The notes beneath the pieces were generated by a model, which was given only the letters and a program-made list of their open reading frames with translations, made no database searches and was not told where the DNA came from. A DNA stretch of 57,199 nt, taken from positions 1 through 57,199 of the forward strand of contig JAZQAB010000092.1 of NCBI GenBank assembly GCA_045545055.1. The letters are read 5' to 3'. Both the position numbers and the translations under genes were made by a program. Below are positions 1 to 9,749 of the stretch, piece after piece. Source of the DNA: Clostridia bacterium (GTDB lineage: Bacteria; Bacillota; Clostridia; UMGS1883). Positions within the stretch are counted from its first letter, which is position 1, and the number at the start of each line of letters is the position of its first letter.

Positions 1-1
1 G

Positions 2-319
2 AAGACAAGCAGTAAATTAAGAAAATTACAGAGAATAAGAAAGTTAAAGCGTCAGCGTAGACGTTTCTTTTCCATATTAATGGTTGTATTTGTATTATTT
101 GCACATTCCGCTTTTTCTAAGCAGGAATCCGCAAATGACAAGGTGGAAGTTATTACCGTAACAGTTCAGCCCGGTGATACTCTTTGGGAAATTGCTCTTG
201 AATACAAAAATGCAGGAGAGGATACCCGTGACTTTATGTATGAGATAGCTGCAACCAACGGCGTAAAGGATTGTAATATAGTGAGCGGTCAATTGCTTTA
301 TATTCCTGTAAGTAAATGA
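2..319 (+). CDS. LysM-domain membrane protein, YneA-like cell division suppressor (5' partial)
   Basis: Frame is open from the window edge (KTSSKLRKLQRIRKLKRQRRRFFSILMVVFVLF). Basic stretch, one hydrophobic helix, then LysM motif VTVQPGDTLWEIA...N...I..GQLLYIP. Confidence 0.75.
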   Translation, partial: KTSSKLRKLQRIRKLKRQRRRFFSILMVVFVLFAHSAFSKQESANDKVEVITVTVQPGDTLWEIALEYKNAGEDTRDFMYEIAATNGVKDCNIVSGQLLYIPVSK

Positions 320-395
320 TTTATTCAATTTCTCACTTGAAAAAATTGTATCGGTAGTATATAATATAGACATCTTTTTAAAAGGAATGATGACA

Positions 396-560
396 TTGAA
401 TAAATGTATACTTGATGAAAATAAAATCTGCAGTGATTGCGGAGAATGTGACAAGTGTGATCTTACTCCCGGAAAAATTTGTGACAATTGCGGAAAATGT
501 ATCGGACTTGATGCTGACAGCCGTGCAATTGAGATAGAAGATGTTATTTTAAAACAGTAA
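396..560 (+). CDS. Small Cys-rich protein, 8 Cys in two C-x7-C-x2-C-x2-C units (not in ORF track)
   Basis: AAAGGA RBS at 381-386, TTG at 396 (alternative ATG at 387/390), TAA at 558-560. Translation MNKCILDENKICSDCGECDKCDLTPGKICDNCGKCIGLDADSRAIEIEDVILKQ. Followed by a terminator. Confidence 0.8.
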   Translation: MNKCILDENKICSDCGECDKCDLTPGKICDNCGKCIGLDADSRAIEIEDVILKQ

Positions 561-565
561 TTTTG

Positions 566-601
566 GGCGGTTTTCCTTTTGGAGAATCGCCGTATTTTTT
601 T
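566..601 (+). terminator. Rho-independent terminator
   Basis: GGCGGTTTTCC-tttt-GGAGAATCGCC hairpin followed by a T tract. Confidence 0.7.
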
Positions 602-670
602 GTTGCACTGCCGTGCATAGTATGGTATAATATATTTTGATATTATATGTGCTAAAAAGGGGCTTTAATA

Positions 671-1402
671 ATGGAAACAGTTAATATTTTGGGCGTTAAT
701 GTAAATAAATATTCTATGAATGAAGCTGTCAGCAATGCTGAAGAGCTTTTAGCTACTGACGGTCTTAGTATGATATTTACGCCTAATTCGGAAATAATAC
801 TTTACGCATCGAATAATCAGGAGTTTACCGATGTACTTAACAGTGCGGATATGGTAATCCCCGACGGAATCGGTGTGGTTTATGGTGCGAAAATTTTGAG
901 AAATCCTATTAAAGAACGTGTTGCAGGCTTTGACCTTGTATGTAACCTTTTGCCGAAAATGGCGGAGAAGAAGCAGAGCGTTTTCCTTTTAGGGGCAAAG
1001 CCGGGTGTGGCTGAAACAGCTGCAAAAAAGCTTGAAGAAAAATACCCCGGTCTCATAATTGCCGGAACTCATGACGGTTATTTTAAAGAGGACGAGCCTG
1101 TAATAGAAAAAATTAACGAAGCATCACCTGATTTCTTGATGGTGTGCCTTGGTTTCCCCAAGCAGGAAAACTGGATATATAACAACCGTGAAAAGCTTAA
1201 CGCACGTCTTGCCATTGGTGCAGGCGGTTGTCTTGATGTGTTTGCAGGTACTGTTCAGCGTGCTCCCGATTTTTATTGCAAGCATGGAATTGAATGGCTC
1301 TACCGCCTTGTAAAGCAGCCGTCAAGATTTGTGCGTATGCTGGCACTTCCCAAATTCGGTTTCAAAGTTCTTTTTAAAGGAAGAAAGTATCAAAACAAAT
1401 AA
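671..1402 (+). CDS. tagA: WecB/TagA/CpsF family glycosyltransferase
   Basis: Motifs TPNSEI, IPDGIGV, ERVAGFDL, GFPKQENW, QRAP, EWLYRL. Confidence 0.9.
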   Translation: METVNILGVNVNKYSMNEAVSNAEELLATDGLSMIFTPNSEIILYASNNQEFTDVLNSADMVIPDGIGVVYGAKILRNPIKERVAGFDLVCNLLPKMAEKKQSVFLLGAKPGVAETAAKKLEEKYPGLIIAGTHDGYFKEDEPVIEKINEASPDFLMVCLGFPKQENWIYNNREKLNARLAIGAGGCLDVFAGTVQRAPDFYCKHGIEWLYRLVKQPSRFVRMLALPKFGFKVLFKGRKYQNK

Positions 1403-1415
1403 AGGAAGTTGACAT

Positions 1416-2300
1416 ATGCTTGAGTTTTCACCTATATCGCCAAAGGACTATGAGCGATATTATAAATACCGTGACAAAGATCCCTCTGCCGCTTCGGAAT
1501 CGTCATTTACAACTGTTTTTATATGGAATAACTACTATAATCTTGAATGCAGTGAAAACGGAGAATTCTTTTTCCTGAGGTTTAACATAAAAGGAAAAGA
1601 GGCGTCTTACTTTTTTCCAATAGGAAGCGGTAACATAGATAAGGCTCTTGCAGAGCTTTCGGATTATGCCGCATCAAAAGGTGAAAAGCTTTGTTTTCGC
1701 CTTGTTTCCAAGGAAAATAAGGACAAGCTTATAGAAGCCTTTGGTGATAGATTCTCGGTGAAGGAATCACGTGATTCATTTGATTATGTGTATCTTACAC
1801 AGAAAATGATTTCCCTTTCGGGGAAGAAGCTTCATTCAAAAAGAAATCATTTGAACTATTTTTTTGAAAATTACAATTACAGATATGTAAAAGTTGAGGA
1901 TAAAGCTACTCTGGAAAAATGTGCGGATAAAGCCTATGAGCTTGTCGCCAATAAGAAAAAGAATAGAAATTCTTTCGAGCTTGGTGCAATGAAAAGTTAT
2001 TTTGAACATTTTTTTGAGTTTAATCAGACAGGTGCAATGCTTGAAATTGACGGCGAAATCGCGGCAATGAGCTTTGGTGAGAAAATTTCTGATGATACTG
2101 CACTTATACAGATAGAACTGGCGGATGATAACTACCGTGGAGCATATCAGGCAATTAATAAGCTTTTCTGTGAAAACGAATGGGAAAGCTTCACCTATGT
2201 CAATCGTGAAGAAGATATGGGAATAGAAGGACTCAGAAAGGCAAAAATGAGCTATCAGCCTGAATTTTTAGTGGAAAAATATTATCTTTGGGAGGACTAA
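1416..2300 (+). CDS. DUF2156 / phosphatidylglycerol lysyltransferase-like GNAT-fold protein
   Basis: Motifs DYVY...LSGKKLHSKRNH and YVNREEDMGIEGLRKAKMSYQP. Confidence 0.85.
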   Translation: MLEFSPISPKDYERYYKYRDKDPSAASESSFTTVFIWNNYYNLECSENGEFFFLRFNIKGKEASYFFPIGSGNIDKALAELSDYAASKGEKLCFRLVSKENKDKLIEAFGDRFSVKESRDSFDYVYLTQKMISLSGKKLHSKRNHLNYFFENYNYRYVKVEDKATLEKCADKAYELVANKKKNRNSFELGAMKSYFEHFFEFNQTGAMLEIDGEIAAMSFGEKISDDTALIQIELADDNYRGAYQAINKLFCENEWESFTYVNREEDMGIEGLRKAKMSYQPEFLVEKYYLWED

Positions 2301-2302
2301 AT

Positions 2303-2839
2303 ATGGTTTACATTTTTCTTGCAGACGGATTTGAAGAGATAGAGGCACTTGCACCTCTTGATATTATGCGAAGGGCTAATATCAGCGTTTTGACAGTCGG
2401 AGTAACAGGTGAATATGTAACAGGTTCACATAATATCACTGTAAAGGCAGATATCTTGCCGGAGAAAGTTGACTATTCTGCTCTTGATTGCGTGGTTCTT
2501 CCCGGTGGACTTCCCGGAACGACAAATCTTGAAAAGGATGAAAGGGTGCAAAATGCAATAGACTATGCAAATAAAAATAATAAGCTTATCTGTGCGATTT
2601 GTGCAGCACCTTCAATTTTGGGGCATAAAGGGCTGCTTGACGGGAGAGAAGCTACTTGTTACCCCGGATTTGAGGATAGCTTTAAGGGCGGAAAATATGT
2701 GAAGCAATCTGTTGTAAAGTCAGATAACTTTATAACCTCTGACGGCATGGGCAGTGCATACAAATTCGGCTTTGCAATCACTGCGGAGCTTAAGTCAAAC
2801 GATGTGGCAGATAAAATCAGAAAACAGATTCAGTATTAA
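2303..2839 (+). CDS. DJ-1/PfpI (ThiJ/YajL) family protein
   Basis: LADGFEEIEA, LPGG, AICAAP. ATG at 2303 follows GGAGG. Confidence 0.9.
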   Translation: MVYIFLADGFEEIEALAPLDIMRRANISVLTVGVTGEYVTGSHNITVKADILPEKVDYSALDCVVLPGGLPGTTNLEKDERVQNAIDYANKNNKLICAICAAPSILGHKGLLDGREATCYPGFEDSFKGGKYVKQSVVKSDNFITSDGMGSAYKFGFAITAELKSNDVADKIRKQIQY

Positions 2840-2857
2840 AATTTGGGAACGTGAATT

Positions 2858-3487
2858 ATGAAACAGGAATATCTTGATTCGCTTATACCAAAGCGGAGTG
2901 ATTTTTTAGACAATTTAAGATATAAATCCTCTCTTGAGGAAAGCTACGCACCCATTGTGCAAAAGCCTACCGAGCAGCTTATAGTAACGCTTCTTCAGAT
3001 GATTAAACCCAAAAGAGTGCTGGAAGTTGGGACTGCAGTGGGCTACAGTGCAATTCTGATGGCTGATAATCTTCCCGATGACAGCTCGATTATTACCATA
3101 GAACGCTATAAAAAACATGCCGATATTGCTGTTGATAATATTTTTGCTTCGGGATATGAAAAGAAAATAAGAGTTGTTGAGGGTGAAGCAGCAGAGGTGC
3201 TGCATTGGCTTGACGGTGGATTTGATTTTATTTTTCTCGATGCGGCAAAAGGTCAGTACATAGAATTTTTGCCCGATATATTAAGACTTCTTAATCCCGG
3301 TGGTGTCCTTCTTTCCGATAATATCCTTTATCACGGAATGATTGAGGATGAGGATAAGGTGGAAAGACGAAAAATCACAATCGTGAAGCGGCTTCATATG
3401 TATCTTGAAGAAATTATGTCAAACGAAAAGCTCACCACCTCTATAATTCCTATAGGAGACGGTGTAGCACTGTCTGTTAAAAAATAA
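2858..3487 (+). CDS. O-methyltransferase, TrmR/YrrM-like (tRNA mo5U34 pathway)
   Basis: VLEVGTAVGYS SAM motif, FDFIFLDAAKGQY, SDN. Adjacent to a U32 gene as in B. subtilis yrrMNO. Confidence 0.85.
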   Translation: MKQEYLDSLIPKRSDFLDNLRYKSSLEESYAPIVQKPTEQLIVTLLQMIKPKRVLEVGTAVGYSAILMADNLPDDSSIITIERYKKHADIAVDNIFASGYEKKIRVVEGEAAEVLHWLDGGFDFIFLDAAKGQYIEFLPDILRLLNPGGVLLSDNILYHGMIEDEDKVERRKITIVKRLHMYLEEIMSNEKLTTSIIPIGDGVALSVKK

Positions 3488-3501
3488 GGAGACAAATTGT
3501 T

Positions 3502-4728
3502 ATGCAGAAAGTTGAGCTTCTGGCACCTGCCGGAAATCTTTATAAATTGAAAATTGCACTGAAATACGGTGCTGATGCGGTATATATCGGTGGGGAATGT
3601 TTTTCGCTTCGTACTGCCGCAGATAATTTTACGCCCGAAGAAATGCGTGAGGGTATAGAATTTGCCCACAGCATGGGGAAAAAGGTTTATATCACAGCCA
3701 ACATTATTCCCCATAACCGTGACCTTGCCGAAATGGAAAGGTACTTTAAGGAAATAGACGATATGGGTGCCGATGCAGTAATTATTTCTGATTTGGGAGC
3801 TTTCAACATTTGCAAAAAAGTTGCCCCGAAGCTTGAAATACATATCAGCACTCAGGCGAACAATACAAACTATGCCACAGTGCAGTCATGGCATGAAATG
3901 GGGGCAAAGAGAGTTGTCCTTGCCCGTGAAATGACGCTTCCCGAAGTAAGGGAGATTCGTGATAACATAAGCTCCGATTGCGAGCTTGAGGCATTTGTTC
4001 ACGGAGCTATGTGCGTTTCTTATTCGGGAAGATGCCTGCTAAGTAATTATATGACGGCACGTGACAGTAACTACGGTGCATGCTCGCACCCGTGCAGATG
4101 GAACTATGCTCTTATGGAGGAAAAACGCCCCGGCGAATACCTTCCCGTGTTTGAAAATGAACGCGGTACATTTATAATGAATTCAAAGGATTTGTGTATG
4201 ATTGAGCATATTCCCGAAATTGTGGGAAGCGGTGTTTACTCTTTGAAAATCGAAGGTAGGGTAAAGAGTGAGTACTATGTTGCAACAATTATTGCAGCGT
4301 ACAGAAAAGCCATTGATGCTTATTATGAAAACCCTGCAGAGTATAAGTTTAATCCCACCTGGCTTGATGAAGTGAAAAAGGTAAGCCACCGTGATTATTA
4401 TACAGGCTTCTTTTTCGGAATACCCGATACGGGTGCACAGATTTACGGTTCAAGCTCTTACATCCGTGAATATGATATTGCAGGCATTGTGCTTGATTAC
4501 GACCCCGAAACCTCACTTGCAAAGGTAACGCAGAGAAACCGTTTCTTTAAAGGAGACGAAATTGAGATTATGCAGCCGGGAAAGGACTTCACCATTCAGA
4601 AGGTGGAAGTTTTGAAAGATGAAAATATGAATGATATAGAGGTTGCAAACCATGCGGCAATGACGCTTTATATTAAAACCGATGTTCCCGTGGTAAAGGA
4701 TGCAATGATAAGGAAGAAAGCAGAGTAA
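3502..4728 (+). CDS. U32 family protein, TrhP-like tRNA hydroxylation protein
   Basis: ELLAPAG, GADAVYIGG, HISTQ, HGAMCVSYSGRCLLS, CSHPCRW, LKIEGR. Confidence 0.88.
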   Translation: MQKVELLAPAGNLYKLKIALKYGADAVYIGGECFSLRTAADNFTPEEMREGIEFAHSMGKKVYITANIIPHNRDLAEMERYFKEIDDMGADAVIISDLGAFNICKKVAPKLEIHISTQANNTNYATVQSWHEMGAKRVVLAREMTLPEVREIRDNISSDCELEAFVHGAMCVSYSGRCLLSNYMTARDSNYGACSHPCRWNYALMEEKRPGEYLPVFENERGTFIMNSKDLCMIEHIPEIVGSGVYSLKIEGRVKSEYYVATIIAAYRKAIDAYYENPAEYKFNPTWLDEVKKVSHRDYYTGFFFGIPDTGAQIYGSSSYIREYDIAGIVLDYDPETSLAKVTQRNRFFKGDEIEIMQPGKDFTIQKVEVLKDENMNDIEVANHAAMTLYIKTDVPVVKDAMIRKKAE

Positions 4729-4752
4729 TAGATAAGAAAGCAGAGTGATAGT

Positions 4753-5259
4753 ATGCGTATATTGGGAATAGACCCCGGTATTGCAATTGTAGGATACGGC
4801 GTAGTTGATAAAGAGGGTAACCGCTACAAAACCATTGCCTATGATGCTATTACAACAAAGGCACATACCCCTCTTGAGGAAAGGCTTGCCAAGGTGTACA
4901 TGGGAATTAACCAAATTATTCAGGAGTACAAGCCAGATGCAATGAGCATTGAGGAGCTGTTTTTCAACAATAACGCAAAGACGGCTCTCACGGTAGGTCA
5001 GGCAAGAGGGGTTATAATTCTTGCGGCATACCAGAATCATGTACCGATTTTTGAATATACGCCTCTCCAAGTGAAGCAAGCACTTACGGGCTATGGGCGT
5101 GCAAGCAAAATGCAGATTCAGCAAATGATGAAATCAATGTTGGGTCTGACCGAAATTCCCAAGCCCGACGATGTGGCAGATGCACTTGCGATAGCCGTGT
5201 GCCACGGAAACAGTATGCGTTTTAACTCAATCAAACAGTTTGGAGGATTAATGCTATGA
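4753..5259 (+). CDS. ruvC: Holliday junction resolvase RuvC
   Basis: ILGIDPG, IEELFF, EYTPLQVK, DDVADALAIA. Confidence 0.97.
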   Translation: MRILGIDPGIAIVGYGVVDKEGNRYKTIAYDAITTKAHTPLEERLAKVYMGINQIIQEYKPDAMSIEELFFNNNAKTALTVGQARGVIILAAYQNHVPIFEYTPLQVKQALTGYGRASKMQIQQMMKSMLGLTEIPKPDDVADALAIAVCHGNSMRFNSIKQFGGLML

Positions 5260-5861
5260 TATCTTTCTTAAAAGGTGCTTTGGCAGGGAAAAGCGAAAGC
5301 GGTGTTATAATTGACGTTGGCGGCGTAGGCTACAGTGTCAGTATGCCTGCAAGTGATATTGCAAAAATAGGGGATATCGGAGACAGGGTGACGGTATACA
5401 CTCATTTTCATATGAGTGAAAATGCGGTGGGATTGTTCGGATTCCTTACAAACGAGCAGATAGATTATTTTAATAAGCTTATTTCAATTTCGGGAATAGG
5501 TCCTAAGGCCGCAATTTCCGTTTTGGGAACGCTCTCAGTGCAGGACCTTGCCTTTGCGATTATATCAGAAGATGTAAAGGCAATCACCCGTGCACCCGGG
5601 GTAGGCCCCAAGGCGGCACAGAGGATAATTTTAGAGCTTAAAGGTAAAATAGATACTCAGGATGCAGTGGCAGTTCCCGACTGGGGAGCTTCAGCACCGA
5701 TTTCTTCAGTGCGTGCAGATACAGGTGCGGTAAATGCCCTTATTGCATTGGGAGCATCTCCGTCAGAGGCACAGAAAACTGTTATGCAGATAGATGCTAC
5801 CTCTCTTACCACGGAGGAAGTTATTAAAGAAGCTTTAAGGAGAATGTCAAATGGAATTTGA
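5256..5861 (+). CDS. ruvA: Holliday junction branch migration protein RuvA
   Basis: [32 protein letters not shown]. Lies between ruvC and ruvB. Confidence 0.97.
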   Translation: MISFLKGALAGKSESGVIIDVGGVGYSVSMPASDIAKIGDIGDRVTVYTHFHMSENAVGLFGFLTNEQIDYFNKLISISGIGPKAAISVLGTLSVQDLAFAIISEDVKAITRAPGVGPKAAQRIILELKGKIDTQDAVAVPDWGASAPISSVRADTGAVNALIALGASPSEAQKTVMQIDATSLTTEEVIKEALRRMSNGI

Positions 5862-6873
5862 TGAACGCATTATTTCAAGCAGACAGCTTGACGGTGACAG
5901 CGATGCCGAATATTCCATCCGTCCGAAAACCATGGAGGAATACATCGGGCAGGATAAGGTTAAAGAAAGTCTGAAAATTTATATTGATGCCGCACTTCAA
6001 AGGCATGAGGCACTTGACCATTGTCTGCTTTACGGTCCTCCGGGACTTGGTAAAACCACATTAGCATCAATTATTGCCAACGAGATGGGCGTTAATATCC
6101 GAGTGACAAGCGGACCTGCTATCGAAAAACCGATGGATTTGGCGGCAATTCTTACGAATTTAGGTCCGCAGGACGTTTTGTTTATTGACGAAATCCACCG
6201 CCTCTCCCGTGCAGTTGAGGAAATATTGTATCCTGCAATGGAGGACTATTCTCTTGATATAATTATCGGTAAGGGTCCCAGTGCACAGTCGGTGAGGCTG
6301 AGTCTTCCTCCCTTTACCTTGGTTGGTGCAACCACCCGTGCAGGGCTTCTTTCAGCACCACTCAGGGATAGATTCGGTGTGATTTCAAGATTGGAACTAT
6401 ATACGAAAGAAGACCTTACAACGATTGTGTCACGAAGTGCACAGATAATGAATGTGGATATCGCCCCCGAAGGTGCGGCAGAGATTGCCTCACGCTCAAG
6501 GGGAACTCCCAGAATTGCAAACAGACTGCTTCGCAGAGTGCGTGATTTTGCACAGGTTTGTGCTGATGGAAGAATTACAAAAGAAGTTGCAGACAAGGCA
6601 CTTTTGATGCTTGAAATTGATTCTTTGGGACTTGATGCAACGGATAAGAAAATGATTACCTCCATAATTTACAGCTTCGGAGGAGGCCCCGTAGGTCTTG
6701 ATACCCTTGCCGCAACCATAGGGGAGGATTCCTCTGCAATAGAGGACGTGTATGAACCCTACCTTCTTCAGCTTGGATTTATCAACAGAACACCAAGGGG
6801 AAGATGCGTTACTCCTCTTGCGTATAAGCATTATGGTATAGATCTTCCCAAAGGACAGATTTCCTGGGAATAA
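5851..6873 (+). CDS. ruvB: Holliday junction DNA helicase RuvB
   Basis: [46 protein letters not shown]. Confidence 0.98.
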   Translation: MEFDERIISSRQLDGDSDAEYSIRPKTMEEYIGQDKVKESLKIYIDAALQRHEALDHCLLYGPPGLGKTTLASIIANEMGVNIRVTSGPAIEKPMDLAAILTNLGPQDVLFIDEIHRLSRAVEEILYPAMEDYSLDIIIGKGPSAQSVRLSLPPFTLVGATTRAGLLSAPLRDRFGVISRLELYTKEDLTTIVSRSAQIMNVDIAPEGAAEIASRSRGTPRIANRLLRRVRDFAQVCADGRITKEVADKALLMLEIDSLGLDATDKKMITSIIYSFGGGPVGLDTLAATIGEDSSAIEDVYEPYLLQLGFINRTPRGRCVTPLAYKHYGIDLPKGQISWE

Positions 6874-6897
6874 TTGGACAATCCTTCAATGGTTGAT

Positions 6898-6914
6898 ATT
6901 ACAAATTTGTTACA
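6898..6914 (-). promoter_or_regulatory. Candidate WalR-type box TGTAAC-AAATT-TGTAAT
   Basis: Exact match to TGTWAH-N5-TGTWAH on the minus strand, upstream of an amidase gene. Confidence 0.55.
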
Positions 6915-6980
6915 AATGACAAATCGAAACAGGAATTACGGCATATTATGTCGAATACTGTTTTGAAAAGGGGTGAAGCC

Positions 6981-8726
6981 GTGAAAAAGACAGCGTTTAT
7001 AGTATTTTTTGTTATAATTATGATGATTGCCGCCTTTAATGTTAATGCGGCAAAGATTTATTATAATGATGAATACCATGATTACTATGCAGGTGATATA
7101 CATTTAACGGTAAATGGAAAACAGATAGAAAATCTTCCCATGAAGCCCGTTGTTATTAATGATTATACAATGGTTCCCGTTCGTGAGGTTTTTGAAGCGT
7201 TGGGCTGCGAAGTTATCTGGCATGACGACACCTGCCGTGTGGAAATTAAAAATAACGGCATTTCCATATTTGTAAAAATTGGCGACAGGAACACTGTGAT
7301 AAATGATGAAATCGTGCCTATTTCCCAGCCGCAACCTCTACCGATGCTTATAGGAAACAGCCCCGAAGTTCTTAAATCTATGGTTCCTATTCGATTCGTT
7401 GCAGAAAAATTGGGATATGATGTGTCGTGGGAGGATTCCTCACGTACAGTTTTTGTTTCTGCTCCAAAGTCCTCCGAGGATGAGGTTATAATAGGTGGAA
7501 GCGACGGGGAAAATAATACAAAGCCTGATGAAGAAAATAAAGACGATGAAACGGTAATACCTGAAAAAGAGGGTGAATTTGGTACAATCAGCGTAGAGAG
7601 CGATGATACCTTTGATTATATCTACATTGCAACACGCTACGGAATTTCACCCACTGTTACACGTTATACTAATCCTGAGCGTATAGTTTTTGACTTTGAA
7701 AATGCCGCTTTCCCCCAAATGGGCGGAACGGTGGAGACAGACGGAAACTGTGTGGACTCTGTACGCTACGCAAACAGAGAGGGCTTTGCAAGGGTAGTTC
7801 TTGATGTGTCCTGCAAAACACAGGCAATGATACTCTCTCACGAAAAAGGAATCCTTATCAGAGTGCAGAAATCCGACAATACACAGCTTATATATGATGC
7901 CTTCAAGCAGCAGGTTTATTTTGATAAAGCGTATGTCGGTTCGGGAAAAAAGGTGGATAACGGCTATAGCGTAACCTTTACCAGTCTTAAGCTTCAGAAT
8001 CAGAAAATAAAGATTGATGACGGAATAATTTATGAAATTATAATTACAAATTCACAGCTTGGTTGTAACATTACCGTTGACGGAAGCAATAAGCTTTTTT
8101 ACACAGCGGAAAAAGGCTTCCATAAGACGGACAACCCCGTTGCAGACGATAAACCGACTATTGATAAAGACGGAAAGAAGCTTATTGTAATCGATGCAGG
8201 TCATGGCGGAACTGACCCCGGTGCAGTGGGTTATGACAGAAACGGCAAGGCGGTGGCGTATGAAAGTCATATCAACCTTGCGATTGCACTTATGGTAGGA
8301 GAAAAGCTTGAAGCAAACGGTGTAAAAGTAATTTACACAAGAAATACGGATACCTACCTTTCCCTGACGGAAAGAGCCGAGCTTGCAAATACAAGCGAGT
8401 GCGACTTTTTTGTAAGCATACACTGTAATTCCATTGAAAGCGGTGATGTGAACGGAACACAGGTATATTATCACCCTGCTTCCGAAACGGGTACGGCTTT
8501 AGCCGAGAGTATATACGACAATATTGTTGATATGACAAAGCTTGCCCCGAAAAAGACACAAAACGGCTCACATCTTTATGTTATCCGCACAACTACAAGC
8601 CCTGCCGTATTGGTGGAAACTGCGTTTATCAGTAATGAAAGCGACCGTAATTTCCTTATGAGCAAGGATGGACAGGCAAAGCTTGCCGAAGCTATTGTAA
8701 AAGGCATACTTGAGACGATTAATTAA
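6981..8726 (+). CDS. N-acetylmuramoyl-L-alanine amidase (signal peptide, copper amine oxidase N-terminal-like domain, AMIN-like region, Amidase_3)
   Basis: GTG start after AAGGGG. MVPVREVFEALG and MVPIRFVAEKLG repeats, IDAGHGG, SIHCN, LVETAFISN. Confidence 0.88.
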   Translation: MKKTAFIVFFVIIMMIAAFNVNAAKIYYNDEYHDYYAGDIHLTVNGKQIENLPMKPVVINDYTMVPVREVFEALGCEVIWHDDTCRVEIKNNGISIFVKIGDRNTVINDEIVPISQPQPLPMLIGNSPEVLKSMVPIRFVAEKLGYDVSWEDSSRTVFVSAPKSSEDEVIIGGSDGENNTKPDEENKDDETVIPEKEGEFGTISVESDDTFDYIYIATRYGISPTVTRYTNPERIVFDFENAAFPQMGGTVETDGNCVDSVRYANREGFARVVLDVSCKTQAMILSHEKGILIRVQKSDNTQLIYDAFKQQVYFDKAYVGSGKKVDNGYSVTFTSLKLQNQKIKIDDGIIYEIIITNSQLGCNITVDGSNKLFYTAEKGFHKTDNPVADDKPTIDKDGKKLIVIDAGHGGTDPGAVGYDRNGKAVAYESHINLAIALMVGEKLEANGVKVIYTRNTDTYLSLTERAELANTSECDFFVSIHCNSIESGDVNGTQVYYHPASETGTALAESIYDNIVDMTKLAPKKTQNGSHLYVIRTTTSPAVLVETAFISNESDRNFLMSKDGQAKLAEAIVKGILETIN

Positions 8727-8745
8727 GATTAAAAAACTACAGAAC

Positions 8746-8783
8746 ACAAAAAGTGGTTGCAATTTTTTGCAACCACTTTTTGT
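8746..8783. terminator. Bidirectional terminator
   Basis: ACAAAAAGTGGTTGCAA-TT-TTGCAACCACTTTTTGT-type inverted repeat between convergent genes. Confidence 0.8.
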
Positions 8784-8790
8784 ATCCCTG

Positions 8791-9639
8791 CTATATTTCA
8801 GTATGTATCTGCAAATGCCTGTATTCCTTAGGTGTCATGCCAACGTTCTCTTTGAATATCTTAATGAAATACGCTGAGGAACAAAAGCCGCTACGCCACG
8901 CAATTTGTGAAATATCATACTTTGTGGTAAGGAGATAATCCTTCGCTATCTGCAGGCGGTAATACATTAAATATTTGTGAAGTGTTTTTCCCGTTTCCTC
9001 TTTGAAAATTCTGCTTAAATGGTAAGGGTGGTAATTGAAATTTTCAGCAATATCTTCATTTGTAAGATTACTGCTTGCAAAGTTGTCGTGTATGTAGGAA
9101 AGAACCTCCTCGCATAGCTCTGATTGCGAATGTGCACTGTTTTGCTTTATAAACTCCAAAAGGCAAAGCTTTAATAATGCAGAGGAATTTTCTCTGTAGA
9201 ACTGATTTTTAAAAATGAAGTTTTCCGTGCATTGCATCAGCATTCTTTCAATCTGCGGAATTATTCTGACGATGGGCTTGGACAGTTCTTCTATAGTACT
9301 ATAGGGAGGGAGAATGCTATTATCAAAAGTTGACACCGTGGCAGTCCCCAAAGAAGCCTTAAGGCTTTCGTTTCTGTTGTCGAGGTCAAAATCCATTACA
9401 ACCGCACTGCCGTTTTCTTTGAATGTGACATTGAATTTATATTCCGTTTCGGGAGGGAAAAATACTGCTGTTTTATTTAAAATATTATGTTTTTTTTCGT
9501 TTACCGTAACGCTGCCTGTCACATTGTTGAAGAAAAAAATCCTGCAGTCATAACACTTACTGATGTCTTTCTTTGTGCGAAAATATGCCTTATGTACTCT
9601 TGCGTAGCGTATATGGGGGTTAATATCTGAAATTTTCAT
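8791..9639 (-). CDS. AraC family transcriptional regulator
   Basis: C-terminal double HTH (YHPYHLSRIFKEETG...RLQIAK..L...GFCSSAYFIKIFK..GMTPKEYR). Likely ATG at 9639 after GGCGGA. Confidence 0.9.
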   Translation of the reverse strand: MKISDINPHIRYARVHKAYFRTKKDISKCYDCRIFFFNNVTGSVTVNEKKHNILNKTAVFFPPETEYKFNVTFKENGSAVVMDFDLDNRNESLKASLGTATVSTFDNSILPPYSTIEELSKPIVRIIPQIERMLMQCTENFIFKNQFYRENSSALLKLCLLEFIKQNSAHSQSELCEEVLSYIHDNFASSNLTNEDIAENFNYHPYHLSRIFKEETGKTLHKYLMYYRLQIAKDYLLTTKYDISQIAWRSGFCSSAYFIKIFKENVGMTPKEYRHLQIHTEI

Positions 9640-9749
9640 AAAAAGTCCGCCCTTGTTTGTTTTATTATATTTTTTGTTGTTTCTGTTATACATTGTAGCA
9701 GGAAAATGTGATATAGTCAATATGAAATATGATATCTGAGGTGGAAAGA

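Noticed and set aside
4513-5124. Long antisense or alternative-frame ORFs (also 11517-12044, 16736-17377, 27007-27660, 52319-52972, 53294-53869)
   Set aside because: Shadows of well-supported genes caused by codon bias.
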